64,000 bases of DNA from a virus: IMG/VR virus record IMGVR_UViG_3300027973_000028, positions 32,001 to 96,000 of that record; one strand, 5' to 3'. Made by a program: the position numbers and the translations under genes. The notes below the pieces were generated by a model. It was not told the origin of the DNA, made no database searches, and saw nothing but the letters and a program-made list of their open reading frames with translations. Positions 17,101 to 28,248 of this stretch are shown here, piece by piece (position 1 is the stretch's first letter; each line of letters opens with the position of its first letter).

Positions 17101-19918
17101 CGGCGGTGGATGCAGCGGAGTCATACGAGGTGTTGATCGCTCCGCTATAGAATCCTCCGGCTTTTAAGACTGATTTAATATACTTTACGTACTCTCCGGT
17201 CGTTCCAATTGTCCAGGCACTGGATACGTTTCCGGCATCCATGTCCCAGGTATAATCAAAATTTCTCCAAACAAGATCAGAAGAATTAAATACAGAATCT
17301 CTTCCAGAAGTAAGGTTAACGCACGGGATATCATTTTGTGATTGACCAGGGATTGTACCCCCAGCATCTACAACAGTTGGTTGACCTTTTTGAATTATTG
17401 TATAATTTCTTACTACAGTTCCTACAGATCTTTTTAACTGTAATTGTCCTTCTCCCTGATAGTGTATTCTTATACTTGAAGAGTATGTTCCCTTAAAACT
17501 AAGTGGTTTATCTGTTGCTGTTTGGTATGAATAGGCTGTTTCTAATTCAAATGGGTAGGCAATAAAATAATTTGTTGGATCAATATTATTATTAAGTAGT
17601 TTTGAATTTGAACTTTTTAGGCTAGGAATTTCCTTGACAACATACGGCCCAAATCCATCTGGTATATTTATAATTGGAGATACAGTATCTGTATAAGCTT
17701 GAACAAAATTGCTTGAAGATGGAATAGAAAATAAACTATAAGAACTTGCTATGTTTTCCTCTATCGAAGATGCGACCTGTGTTGCATTTGCTATTAATAC
17801 ATCTGGATTTGTTATCTCAATATAAAATTCTATAGAACTTAAATCAATAAAAGAAATTTTATCTTTTTGGTAGGTTGGAAGTGTTTCTTTTAACGAACGC
17901 AAATAGTATTCACCGATATTAAGCGGTGATGGGATAATACTTCTTGCATATCTGGTTTCATTTGAGCCAACAGTAACATTTACAAATAATTGTTCTTTTT
18001 CTTCTGTCAAAAGGGCATCTTGATTCATCGCCCAAGACGAATTCCATTCTCCAACAAAGTTAAATAAAGAAGATCTTGTATCTATTACCCTCGATGCATA
18101 TGATCTTGAATAGAGGGCATATGAAACTGAGTTATATAAAAACTTAAACGGACCTTCTACCACTGCTGAAATTAAACTTGTATTATTTTCTTCAAAAACA
18201 GATTGTTCATTATTTAATTTTAGAACAGCAGATTTTGAGGCTATGCTATAGATTGAATTACAATATTCTAAAAAAGAAAAAGAAGTAAATATTATATTTC
18301 CCTGTGCTACGGCGTCGCCAATTGTTGGAAACTCAAATAGTGCGCCGACGGAGGAATTTGAAGATGAACTAATGCCTATGTTTAAAAAGCTTTTAGAAGA
18401 ATTAACTCCAGATATTGTTCTATATGAACCCTTTTTTAGCCCAAAGATTCCATAATCTTCGTTTTCAAATATGGTAGAATCTATATTCCATCCACCATTT
18501 TTTGTTTCGTCAAGTATTTTTGAGGTTGTTACATATTGATAGTAAGTTGGGACAACTGTTGCATTAAATGCATTTATCTTTATTTCTGAATGTATGAATG
18601 GTTCCTCTGAAGGGTACAGTGACCCATCGACCAATAATGTTCCATTGTGTATTTTTACATAATTATTTATTAATATATTAGCTTTTTCAGAGATTTTTTT
18701 TGTTGGACAAAATGTAAGTATATCAAAATCTTTTAATGAATCAATAGACTGAATATCAATCATCCAGTAATTTGCTTTAGTTTTATCTAAGCTGTTCGCT
18801 GCTTCACTTATTGGATTTTTAAATGTAAATTTAGAAAAGTTAAATGGAGATTTTTCAAGTCTATAGAATACATATGGTTTAATAATTTCTAAAGATTGGG
18901 TATCAAAAGAATCATATAAGACACCAACGTTTACTGTTTTTTGTTTTATACCAGTAGTTGTTTCTAAGTCAGAAAAGTAATCGATTAGCTCTAGGTTAAC
19001 TGACTGTTTAGACCTAGCTATTAGTCTCCAGTTAAATACTTCATAAGTTCTATTATCTGCTATTGCTCTTTTAGGAACAAAAACCTGATATCCAGTTGAA
19101 TTAATATTAACATTAAATATATCTGAATATTTTTTATTAAACTTTTTTACAGAAAATACTTTTTTATTATAATTATTATCTACAACAAAAGTTTCTTCTG
19201 GTATTTGTTTAAAGTATTGAACAGTATTAATTGATTCTGAGTATCTTAAGTACTGTGAAGTCGCTTTTCCATTTGAACCGCATTCAATTTTATCGTAAAT
19301 TAATTTAAGATTAATTGGATCAGAAGAATCTAAGCCTATAATTATCTTGTATGGAATTTCCGTATCTTGATAATTATCTTCCGTTATAAATGGTTCAAGT
19401 AATATTTTATATTTTTTTCTACCAGTATTTATATCTACGTGATCTTGATTTTGTGAATTCAAAACTTTGATATTCAATGACGCATATAGGGATTGTGGTA
19501 TATATTCTGATAGACCATACGTGCTGTGGTTTACTGGAGCAGATATAAAAAATCTACTTACATAATAATAATGAAAAAATTCATCAGAATTTATTTCTGA
19601 AACTTTTAAGATTTCAGTTTGATAATCCTTTAGCAGAAAAGAATCACTTATTGATATGTCTTGGCTTGGGAATATTGTATTTCCTGTTTCATCTTCTAAG
19701 ACGCCAAGCTCATTTGCATAATAAGTTTTTACTCCTCTGTCTAAAAATATTTTATTTTCAGGTATAGAATTTGATATGTCTATAACAGTTAAATTATTTT
19801 TAGGAGATAATTCTTCATTAACAAAATAAGCTATGTTTGCTGCGTCGTCGGGAACTGACGACCCAATTTTTATTGCGTTTTCTTTTTCGCTAATTGTTAT
19901 ATTTTTAAATAGCTTCAT
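14150..19918 (-). CDS. large virion protein with an internal peptidoglycan-binding domain (1922 aa)
   Basis: GTTGEYVKYIKSVLKAGGFYSGAINTSYDSAASTAVSAFQ...DGKVDSQTK (about 17020-17210) matches the PG_binding_1 three-helix pattern. Confidence 0.65.
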   Translation of the reverse strand: MKLFKNITISEKENAIKIGSSVPDDAANIAYFVNEELSPKNNLTVIDISNSIPENKIFLDRGVKTYYANELGVLEDETGNTIFPSQDISISDSFLLKDYQTEILKVSEINSDEFFHYYYVSRFFISAPVNHSTYGLSEYIPQSLYASLNIKVLNSQNQDHVDINTGRKKYKILLEPFITEDNYQDTEIPYKIIIGLDSSDPINLKLIYDKIECGSNGKATSQYLRYSESINTVQYFKQIPEETFVVDNNYNKKVFSVKKFNKKYSDIFNVNINSTGYQVFVPKRAIADNRTYEVFNWRLIARSKQSVNLELIDYFSDLETTTGIKQKTVNVGVLYDSFDTQSLEIIKPYVFYRLEKSPFNFSKFTFKNPISEAANSLDKTKANYWMIDIQSIDSLKDFDILTFCPTKKISEKANILINNYVKIHNGTLLVDGSLYPSEEPFIHSEIKINAFNATVVPTYYQYVTTSKILDETKNGGWNIDSTIFENEDYGIFGLKKGSYRTISGVNSSKSFLNIGISSSSNSSVGALFEFPTIGDAVAQGNIIFTSFSFLEYCNSIYSIASKSAVLKLNNEQSVFEENNTSLISAVVEGPFKFLYNSVSYALYSRSYASRVIDTRSSLFNFVGEWNSSWAMNQDALLTEEKEQLFVNVTVGSNETRYARSIIPSPLNIGEYYLRSLKETLPTYQKDKISFIDLSSIEFYIEITNPDVLIANATQVASSIEENIASSYSLFSIPSSSNFVQAYTDTVSPIINIPDGFGPYVVKEIPSLKSSNSKLLNNNIDPTNYFIAYPFELETAYSYQTATDKPLSFKGTYSSSIRIHYQGEGQLQLKRSVGTVVRNYTIIQKGQPTVVDAGGTIPGQSQNDIPCVNLTSGRDSVFNSSDLVWRNFDYTWDMDAGNVSSAWTIGTTGEYVKYIKSVLKAGGFYSGAINTSYDSAASTAVSAFQNRMETSGVRFDGIVDGKVDSQTKSLFVSAMSLGIINSVTAKNLCSSNGVSKYYDAALSQGDINEINSGGKYRRVSYSGGGIGTQVTRIQDVIFFTIPDGAETVKNIKINFGTLENWRNVTVVSYGFSPVNHAANNVSFANTINNSVYNGYTVNKKPDSSGNVILSMHDQPIGNCKYVYIYFRTNDTVINQSKYGNAEGYQIRSIRCDIVGNATTTAPVYGDPEEIEVPVSETYNAFPSLNKPEIEDIANYWTENNPNVYYDANTLKSNQSGYLIYTVDTEKYYSWNGSSWSEVSFSENTEKNIRTDTKVITKTVDAYVTATTAEKFSDLSALKNHTVKYDTNTVKTIPLTFGSLVYSYLNKSYTESLSSSIKLSTANFTASSGVVFDFTKQLYVDLNGSNSVSLTSLVSETGSNVSSPSSVLSINYLETNPSSGNATRLTIETSATYYSGSSVISTPLKYINQYLMKNLNNVIVPKKESITTLDGTLLLCNEFGKPVGIPSGSEISSYFGSTATEQEKDARLGFVYVKNRIPEQDGFIYGFYDFAQKEFLGDTVSYVDMIVRGINNIFLAVVAYDSDGNTQNIIDYIGPKVSTTFIPTNIPIKKICPVYSVKYNSGTAIKIGNMDSYVDKKQAWPLIITSGSFTKSINISDISIYEDWKSNYINQTLIATYDTTSAKGVNWSNIFGRGYYDVKNEKPILVSDKQIKLRQTPLVVWPEPTNYKNSVAPLFKPQIEIYTKETSSSEWEKLSLSEVRDYNCSSGLIEFNNRIIPSDENLIKVNYVIKNSDLMIYQSNGETVPLNPFLNSKNIKFNKPLYIYVLPIKINKLSTNSADAAEYVPLQDYVPSYPYNFTYNSEIFNEYSPKHDPFALPIGIIYFTNNPNKKQTEIYDTRLRGGGIAAEHQFVQIDSEIDNLLSNWDVYPIHGCSYPRGGFVVIRIPDEVKNNFENIEEIYDIIRRNLTAGISFQIQNLDGEIWEI

Positions 19919-22900
19919 TTAGCTATCCTCGTAATCTGAATTTAAGTCTTGATATTCTGAAATAATATTTGGTGTTGATCCAAAAAAACCCATCTGATAC
20001 TGATCATATCTACTTATCGGGAACCATCTCGGTGGCAGCCAATTAACAGTCGAAGCTGACTCATTATCAAATTCCATATTATAATGCTGATAAGTAAAAC
20101 CTGGACTATCTATAATCTCTGAACCAGAGCTAGGTATTGCCGTATAAGATCCCGGAAGAGGAACTAGTTCATTTGAATAATGTAAATTATCATAATTCTC
20201 ATACCAATAAACTATGTCACCGTATATAGTAACGGGTGTTGATGATGGCGTAGATGCTAATTCAGTTTCCATAGAAACAAACCAGTAACCTGGCTTTGTT
20301 CTATCTTGGGCATAAAACGGACCAATATTAAAATTACCGTATTTATCTGCGTATACCATGCCCGCAGTTCCATATCTACCTGGAGTACTTGAACTTATGG
20401 AGTAATCGACCTCCTCTAGCGAAGAGTAGGCTGTTCTTGCCTTTTTCCAATAAATTGCTGGAGTGCTTGACGGAGGGACATTGCCCTGTCTCACATACCC
20501 CTTGATATATATATCCCCAAGCCCATCAGCCTTAATGTTCATCTTGTCGGGGGCTGCTTTAAAATCATATGTATAAATATTGCTAAGAGCAAGATCAATT
20601 AAGTATGAGTCTTGAAATGCTCCTGCGTTGCTGTTTTCGTGCGCATTAGGAGTTGGATAGGAAATGCCAGAAATATATACTTGTATTTGAGTTTTTACTG
20701 CTGGAGCGGGGCCGGAATATTTGAAGCTTGTAGTTACAAAACCATTTTGGTTAGTTGTTACATACTGGTTTTCTGCTGTTATTTCATCACCATAAATTCT
20801 AAATGTTTGATATGGTTTTGGATTTCCATTTATATCATAGGAAACAATAGAAATATATATAATATCATCTGATGTATCAAATATTTTTTGTGGAGATATC
20901 CATACTCCAGCTGTATCAAAATCATAATCATAATCAGATACAAAAACAAATCCTTCATCTATAGGATTATTCAAGGAATTTAAATAAAGACCAGAAGGAG
21001 TACTAGACTTATACTTCGAACCCTCATATGTCACGCTGTACAGCGAAGTTAATTGTGGTGTTGATGAAAAATATATTTTTCCAAAATAATCATCTAAATT
21101 AGAATCATAATAATTTTTATCAATATAATAAGAATTATTAACCGTATAGGTAACCAAATATTCTCTACCTGGTATTATTCTACTTTCATAAGTTTCACTA
21201 TCTAGTATGGCAAATTCATTTTGATTCAAAACATATACTTGATCTCCACTTTGAATAAAAGTAGAATTAAATATATAATATTCTGTTTCATCGTCTTCAC
21301 CTATTATATAATTGCCATTTTGATCTACTGAAGTCCATATATAATATTCTGGATTCAAATTAGATTGCACTAATACATTTCCGGTATAAGTATCTTGAAG
21401 TGTAATATTAGAAATATTTGGATATGCTAAATACAGTACAGCGTTATTGGATCCAATAATTATTTCTTCATTGTAAAATGTTAAATCTCCAGGAGTAGCT
21501 GAATCAGAAAAAAGTAGTTCATCGTATTGTACTGTTGCCCCATCATTATATACGTTAACTATAACTGGAGCACCCTGTCTTGGTATATCTGTTAATTGCA
21601 ATTCAAAAAAATTACCAATGTAAGCCTCTATAATTGGAGCTGAATATATATAATATTCATTATCTGGTAAGTCTAACCACCCAACATTTATATCTGGTTG
21701 TTTTGTATCTAAAAGGCTTATATTTTTATTATCATAATAATCTGCATAGTGTGCATTTACTTTTATTTCACTATATTCATACAGTTGAGTATCTGGATTA
21801 TATATTTCTTGTATAAAATTTACAGCAGAGTCGGGGGCAAAACCGCTTGAACTAACTTGTTTATTGGGTATGGAAAGAAGAACATCTTCACCCGAGCTTA
21901 CCGCATCTATTGAGGTTATTATATAATTTTCGTTATCCTCTGAGCCTAAACCAAAAGATTGTCTAGATAAACTACATGTTGAAACGAATGAATCAATCTG
22001 ACTAGAATTTATTGATCTACCAGAATCTTCTATCGTTTCACCAACCTGATATGCGTTTCCATATTTATCTAAATATCCATAAATCATCGGCGTACTTGAA
22101 AGAGGTTCACTTAGCTGTGTCCAAACCGGTGATTTAAATGGATAGTATGGGGTTGCTGCTAACCCATTTGTTATAATCAGTGTTTCTGAACCAGTTTGAT
22201 AATTAATCGTTGCTGCTTGAAAATAGTTTGAAGAGACTGGAGAATATATATTTTCTTCTAAGTAATCAAAATTTTGATTATAAATATTTAGCACAATATT
22301 AGGAGACGCTGGCACAAAGTAATCTGTGTCGTCAATATGGTTATGGGAAATGCCACCATGTTTTGGATCTTTTAGATCAAGAGTTTGGACTGTATTGTAT
22401 AATGGTTCTGGATTTATTTTTTTGCTACTAAAATAAATATTTTGTGGAGTTGAACCAATCGGAAAAATTAAAGGTGCTTTTATTTCATCTTTTGTTATAA
22501 GCACATCATCTATTATTGATGGATCATTAAATGAATTAACAACCATCTTTCCCTCTATGATATCTGTTATCCCAGTTAAATTTTTTGTTCCGTATACAGT
22601 AGATCCTATTTTAAAATTTGAATTTATATAATTTATATTTGGAGTTGAAAGAGAAATATATGAACCAGCGGTTGGATTAACCCAATAGCCTCTTCCATCT
22701 TCATTAAATGCAATTCTATAACCAGCATATGAATTTGTTTGATAAGAATCTGTTGATTCATTCCATTTTGATTTTGCGACTATTCTAATTTGAGAAGCTT
22801 TAGAAACATCAATTGAATTAGTATTAGGCGTAGCTTGATTGTTTACGTATGAATAATCGTATGTCTTTTCTCTGAAAGAAAGATCCCCATTTGTTAGTCC

Positions 22901-24758
22901 ATCGGAATTGACAACTTGTATTAAATTATACTCAGGACTTGCATCGCTTGACTGTAGGTAGTAGTTCTTAACAAAAAAGTCATCCCTATCAAGATATGAC
23001 ATATTCGTATAAAATACTGACGGAGTCGCATATTGATTATGCGCCGGCATGTGTAGTTCATAGACCAGAGAAACGCCAGCATTGTAGGGGGTTGCTGAGT
23101 TTGGATTACTTACATCTGGATCAGGGACATTCAATAGGTAGTTTGCATAGTATTCAAAATCTATTTCTATTGGATTGTAATGATCGGTATATGACGAAAG
23201 TGTAAATCCATCTGCTTGAAAATAACCCTCAAAGGAAACTGTTGCGGCATTGTCGGATAGTATTAAAAGTTTACCGTCTTCAAAATCGCCAAATCCAGAT
23301 TGGAAATATTCTCCTAATGGCGTAGCAGTGTCGTATACAAAGGGAATGTGAGACATGCCCTCTCCAGATAACCCTGCATAGTCCCATATGGCCTCATCCC
23401 AATTGGCATATCCTAAATTTGATGGATATGTTTCATTTATATATCTAACAAAAGAATTAAAATCTTTTGTTGGATTTCCATCAAAAGAAAAATATGGAGT
23501 TGAGGATTCAATGTCGGTGATTTCTAATACTTCCGGTGTAGCTCCAAGATAGTCAGAATTTGGAGTAGCTCCATAAGCCCTCCAAATATCTAGTTCTCTT
23601 CTAAGTGTTAACTTTAATCCATTTAAATCTACTGAAGGTGGATTTTGATATACATCTAATATTCTTTTTTTATAATTAGAATTATTTTCTAGAAATAATC
23701 TTTTTAATGCTACTCTTGATCCAAACTCATCAAATATATTAAAATACAACATGGCATCTTGGTCATAGGTTTTGCTATCTATAGACAAATTATTAAATTT
23801 TTTAAGAGTTATTATTTGATTATCTATAAAATTATGATAATAAATATAATCTGTTATTCTTGATTCATAAAAATTTTCTAAAGAACTAGATCTTGCAAGT
23901 TCTATGCCATCTCCAGAAACGGAAAGAGCCGACGATGGCACTGAATAAGATACGTAAACCCAATCAGTAATATCTTCATCTGCACTTGATATAAAAGAAT
24001 TAATATCTTGTAGATTTAATTCTGATTCAAAGTCATCTAAGTATTCTCCAACTAAAGATGAAATAAATTTTCCACCAACGGACTGTGCAACCTTTAATGA
24101 TGGGGTAGCTCCTTCTATTGAGTCTTCGTAGAGTGCGGTCCATGTTGGAAATTTAGAAAGTATACTTCTAGCTGAATCTGATATAACAGGAGTTTCTATT
24201 TCATGTATTAATACATTAACGAAAAGCAATAGGCCAAGAGCGGTTACATCTTCTACTTCAGAAAATATTTCTAATTGTATTTTTATATATCTTTTTGAAT
24301 TAGATAAAAATATAGAAGAAGAATCTATCGTTATTTCTGATTTCATCCATGGACCAGACTCATCATCTGATTCATATACTAGAAAATTAAATGTTGGTGT
24401 TTCGCTTCCGTGTAAGATTTGTAAAAGCGTGCTTATAGGAAATAATATCAACTCTTGAAGTTGTATCTATAAACCTGATAATATCAGGAGAAGCTGATTC
24501 GTAAATTACTTCACCATAATTTGTTACATAAATTGCATTGGGGTCATGCGATTCTGGGGCTAAAACCGAAGTAGACGGTGAAGCTAATTCAGTTCCAACA
24601 AAAGTATAATCACCTACTAAATTTAAACCAGTAGAAGATCTTTTGTATGAGTAGTTTTTATAGAATTTGTTGTTGTATAAATAAATAGGATCAGTAGTCC
24701 AAATATTACCAACCTTGTTGAAGTCTCCACTGCGAAGACCCAAGAGATAATTTTTCAT
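19919..24758 (-). CDS. large baseplate wedge-like virion protein, about 1612 aa, joined across a +1 frame change at CGG 24408-24410 (ORF track 24387..24758 plus 19919..24451)
   Basis: The upstream ORF has an AGAGGA SD; the downstream ORF has only a TTG start with no SD. Skipping one C gives ...FTNLT-GSETPTFNF. FDEFGSRVALKRLFLENNSNYKKRILD is wedge-like, and Ig-like segments lie near the C-terminus. Confidence 0.7.
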
Positions 24759-24774
24759 TACTAATCCTCTTTAA

Positions 24775-26034
24775 TTAATCTAGCCAAATAGAGTACTCAG
24801 AAGTAATTCCATTTTCTGGGTGCACGAACATTAAATGCTGACAAGGTCTGCTCATAGACGAGAAGTATTCTTGAGCATAGGTGTTATAGCTTTCTGGGGA
24901 ACCAGATATTCTTAACATGGAGCTTCCTATTGTCATCTTAAATTGCTGATGATAATGGCCCATAAAAACATCATCAAAATGTTCAGGAATTGCTCCATCT
25001 TTCCATCCCATTATTTTTTTATAGTAACCATGGAAAGCATTTGGTGCAGGCATTTGATCGCCATGAATTAACAAGCTGCTGTAATTGCCGATTGTATCAA
25101 CGGCATACCAGTTTCTTTCTCCTACGCCATCTGGGATGTTAAAGGTTACTCTTTCGTCATCTCCAACAATCAACTCAATAATCTTATAGAGCATTCTATC
25201 CATGTTGGTTTCTGGATCGTGCTGTTTGCGTGCTCTTCCGCCTACCGCTCCATGGTTTCCTATCACGCCAGTAATGTGTACGTGATTAAAATTTTCCAAT
25301 GCGGTCTTAACAAAGTTCCCAAGTATTCTTGGACCATTAACGGCAACTTGTCTATACAGGCCAGAGTCTATAAGGTGGCTTTGCCCAGGAAAAATCTCTT
25401 CACCTTCGACTATATCGCCTAACAACCAAATATGAAGGTCATTTACTTCATGATCCATTCTTTGAATCTCTGTTATTTCTAACAGCTTTTCTGTATATCT
25501 TTCTATTCTTTCTTCTAATACATTAGTATTATAGTCAGGTGTTACCTTACCCATTTGCCAGTCTGCAAAGACTACTACTGCAGTTTCGGGAACTTTTTCT
25601 TTATTCTTCTTTAAAGAAGGAGCTTTAATTTCTGGGAACTCAAAGCCGGCAAAGGCGTCGTAAGCTGCAGCGTAGGCTGCTCTTACAACCTCATCTTGCA
25701 CATTCTTAAGAGTCTGTACTCTCTTAGCCAATCTTCTATTTTCTGATCTTAGAAATTCATTTCGTGAATCAGATACATCTGACACTGGATCAGTTGAGTC
25801 ATACTCTTTGTCTTCGTACATAGAAGGATCTTCTAAGGTAATGACAGAAGATTGAGTGTACATTGAATCTTTATCATTAATAAAATCAGTGATTTCATCA
25901 TCACTTATTTCAGCTGCATGCAGCGAATCACCCAATATATCGCCATTGCCGACACCCTCAAAAACAATACCCTTTGCTTGTCCAATGTTTGGAGCACGCA
26001 CTATATACTTATTTGTTATAACAAAATTTTTCAT
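24775..26034 (-). CDS. calcineurin-like metallophosphoesterase with an N-terminal coiled coil
   Basis: Motifs FADWQMG, LGDIVEG, GNHG, HGD and GHYH in canonical order. Confidence 0.9.
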   Translation of the reverse strand: MKNFVITNKYIVRAPNIGQAKGIVFEGVGNGDILGDSLHAAEISDDEITDFINDKDSMYTQSSVITLEDPSMYEDKEYDSTDPVSDVSDSRNEFLRSENRRLAKRVQTLKNVQDEVVRAAYAAAYDAFAGFEFPEIKAPSLKKNKEKVPETAVVVFADWQMGKVTPDYNTNVLEERIERYTEKLLEITEIQRMDHEVNDLHIWLLGDIVEGEEIFPGQSHLIDSGLYRQVAVNGPRILGNFVKTALENFNHVHITGVIGNHGAVGGRARKQHDPETNMDRMLYKIIELIVGDDERVTFNIPDGVGERNWYAVDTIGNYSSLLIHGDQMPAPNAFHGYYKKIMGWKDGAIPEHFDDVFMGHYHQQFKMTIGSSMLRISGSPESYNTYAQEYFSSMSRPCQHLMFVHPENGITSEYSIWLD

Positions 26035-26061
26035 ATATCAAAGACCTGTGACTTTTTGATG

Positions 26062-27231
26062 TTAATAATTTGATTGACCCATTATAACAGATAAAACACT
26101 AACACTTCCAGCTCCGGGGTAAACTTTATCGCTAGACGGAGTAAAATCTTTTATGGATATAGATTCACCATTTGCGCTTAAGGCGTTAATCGTGACATAC
26201 CTAACAAAGTCTGAAGAAAGTCTTACTTGTCTTTCTATTTCTCCAACAGAAACGGTATCTCCTATCGTAAGTGAATTTAAATATCTTTTTACAAAAAGAG
26301 CTGCTTGATTCTTTATTCCAGCTTCTATTGTGCCATTTGCGGCAGATGCTATTGTGATACTGACCTGAACATCTACCGGTATTTGTTCTGCTATTCTAAC
26401 ATTAAACCTTACCCCAGCTGGCTTAACCGATGCTATAGAGGAAAGTATTGTGTCTGGCATTCTTTTAATTCCAGACAATGATTCTGGGACTACAATAACA
26501 TCACAAGATCCTATGCCGTAAGAACTTTCTCTTATTCTAACATCTCTTACGCCCTTAACAGAAAGGGCGGCAAATCGTACTGACTCTGTTGTTCCTGCAG
26601 CTCGAGTTTTAATTGATGAAATTATTCTTCTTCTAAAGTTATCATCTGACTCAGAATTAATTGCTGAGTATATTTCCTTTGTGTTCATGCAATATGCAAC
26701 AACTCCTGGTGGAGCAATAAAGTTATGTTGAGTTATGGAGCCACTCGCAGCAACGTAGGTATTATCATCAAAATCTGGAACTGCCAAACCATAAGCCCTA
26801 GTTGTGCCGGCGGCTATTGTTATGTCGCCGTTTAGCTTAAATCTATACTGTCTTACTGCGTAGCTTTCTACGTTAGTATAAAGATAGGTGCCACCAGGAA
26901 TTATTATATTTTGGCTATATGGATTATCTATAAAAAATTCTATATTAAAAGACTGTCTTTCAAGTGCGGCGGCATCGGATATTTCTTTTCTTGAAACGCC
27001 GTATAGTTCACCAATTAAGTCAAGATTTCTCCCACTTGCGGTAGAAAGAGCACCCTGCCTAATGGTGAAGTTTAAGGATGAATATAGGTCTGCTATTTCT
27101 GTACTAAAAGCCTCAGCAAAAGCTCTAGCGATAGAGCCTGGATAGGCAGCTGAGATCCCTGCGTTACGCTCCATTGAATTCAGTACATTAACTAAAATGT
27201 CTGCTTTTTCTTTTTCTCCATATATCGGCAT
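26062..27231 (-). CDS. baseplate J-like wedge protein
   Basis: STASGRNLDLIGELYGVSR, ESDDNFRRRI, AGTTESVRFAALSVKGV and KPAGV are baseplate J / gp47-type motifs. Confidence 0.85.
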   Translation of the reverse strand: MPIYGEKEKADILVNVLNSMERNAGISAAYPGSIARAFAEAFSTEIADLYSSLNFTIRQGALSTASGRNLDLIGELYGVSRKEISDAAALERQSFNIEFFIDNPYSQNIIIPGGTYLYTNVESYAVRQYRFKLNGDITIAAGTTRAYGLAVPDFDDNTYVAASGSITQHNFIAPPGVVAYCMNTKEIYSAINSESDDNFRRRIISSIKTRAAGTTESVRFAALSVKGVRDVRIRESSYGIGSCDVIVVPESLSGIKRMPDTILSSIASVKPAGVRFNVRIAEQIPVDVQVSITIASAANGTIEAGIKNQAALFVKRYLNSLTIGDTVSVGEIERQVRLSSDFVRYVTINALSANGESISIKDFTPSSDKVYPGAGSVSVLSVIMGQSNY

Positions 27232-27612
27232 TTACGCTCCTAGGTTTTGAGTTACAGAAAGAACGATTGGGTCTGTTTTATCTGTTATCATATGAACATC
27301 AAATCTAATTGAGTCTGAACCGGTTGGAATTGCATCTATGACGATGCTTCTTCCCCTAAAGATATCTTCTCTTTCTAGGGCAGCCCTTATCAATCTCTTT
27401 CCCATTTCTCCGGTTTCCTTTGATTGTGGCATACCATATAGTACAGATAAATCAGTCCCTAAAGAAGGATAGATATAAAAATCTCCAGGTTCAGTCATAA
27501 GCCTTAGATAAACTTGCTGTATGTCGTCTTGGGCAGAGGATGATGTAATGGCTATATCTTTATTGCCATTGATTAATATATCGCCAGTCATAGTAAAGTA
27601 TAAATCAGACAT
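27232..27612 (-). CDS. gp25/W-like baseplate wedge (sheath initiator)
   Basis: QQVYLRLMTEPGDFYIYPSLGTDL pattern, immediately upstream of baseplate J. Confidence 0.8.
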   Translation of the reverse strand: MSDLYFTMTGDILINGNKDIAITSSSAQDDIQQVYLRLMTEPGDFYIYPSLGTDLSVLYGMPQSKETGEMGKRLIRAALEREDIFRGRSIVIDAIPTGSDSIRFDVHMITDKTDPIVLSVTQNLGA

Positions 27613-28246
27613 TCTTTATTTCATCCGCCTTGTTCTTTGCTTGCGCAAATGTATAACCTTCTTTAATTAGACCAACCATATACTCTATATAATCAGGAGT
27701 ATGTTCAGTTAATATGTTTTGTACTAATAAAATTTGATCCTCAGATAAACCTTCTGTAGGAATTCGAGAACTATAAACTTGAGTAATTTCTGGTTCTTTT
27801 GACGCAAAACCATAATCACTTTCTATAGTAATGGTTTTTTGTTTTTCTGATTCTTCTATATCCTTAAGTTTAGCCAAATAATGATGTGCGTCGTTTTGAG
27901 CATTATGTATTGACTTGTGGTCAATTTGGACTAATGTTGGCTGAGAATAATCAATAGCTGAATAATTAAAATTAAAATTATTCCATCTTAATTCATTTTC
28001 CGAACAAAAAAATCTAATTTTATCTGCAAATAAAGATATACTTCTGCTAGCTCCACTTATAACTATTCCTACTCCTGGGGATGCGAAAATCTCTATATCG
28101 CCGTCATCATTTAATCTAATAAATGAACTATTATCTGGATGGTTTAAACCAACTTCTCTTTTTGAAAATTCATTTCTTCTTTTTAATTCATCAGATATTG
28201 GAAAATTCTTTTCTGGCTCTATATCACTTGGATAGCTAATCGTCAT
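27605..28246 (-). CDS. baseplate spike-associated protein (beta-helix-like N-terminal half)
   Basis: VGLNHPDNSSFIRLNDDGDIEIF...GIVISG...ISLFAD resembles gpV/gp45 beta-strand repeats; gene position fits. Confidence 0.5.
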   Translation of the reverse strand: MTISYPSDIEPEKNFPISDELKRRNEFSKREVGLNHPDNSSFIRLNDDGDIEIFASPGVGIVISGASRSISLFADKIRFFCSENELRWNNFNFNYSAIDYSQPTLVQIDHKSIHNAQNDAHHYLAKLKDIEESEKQKTITIESDYGFASKEPEITQVYSSRIPTEGLSEDQILLVQNILTEHTPDYIEYMVGLIKEGYTFAQAKNKADEIKNV

Positions 28247-28248
28247 TT

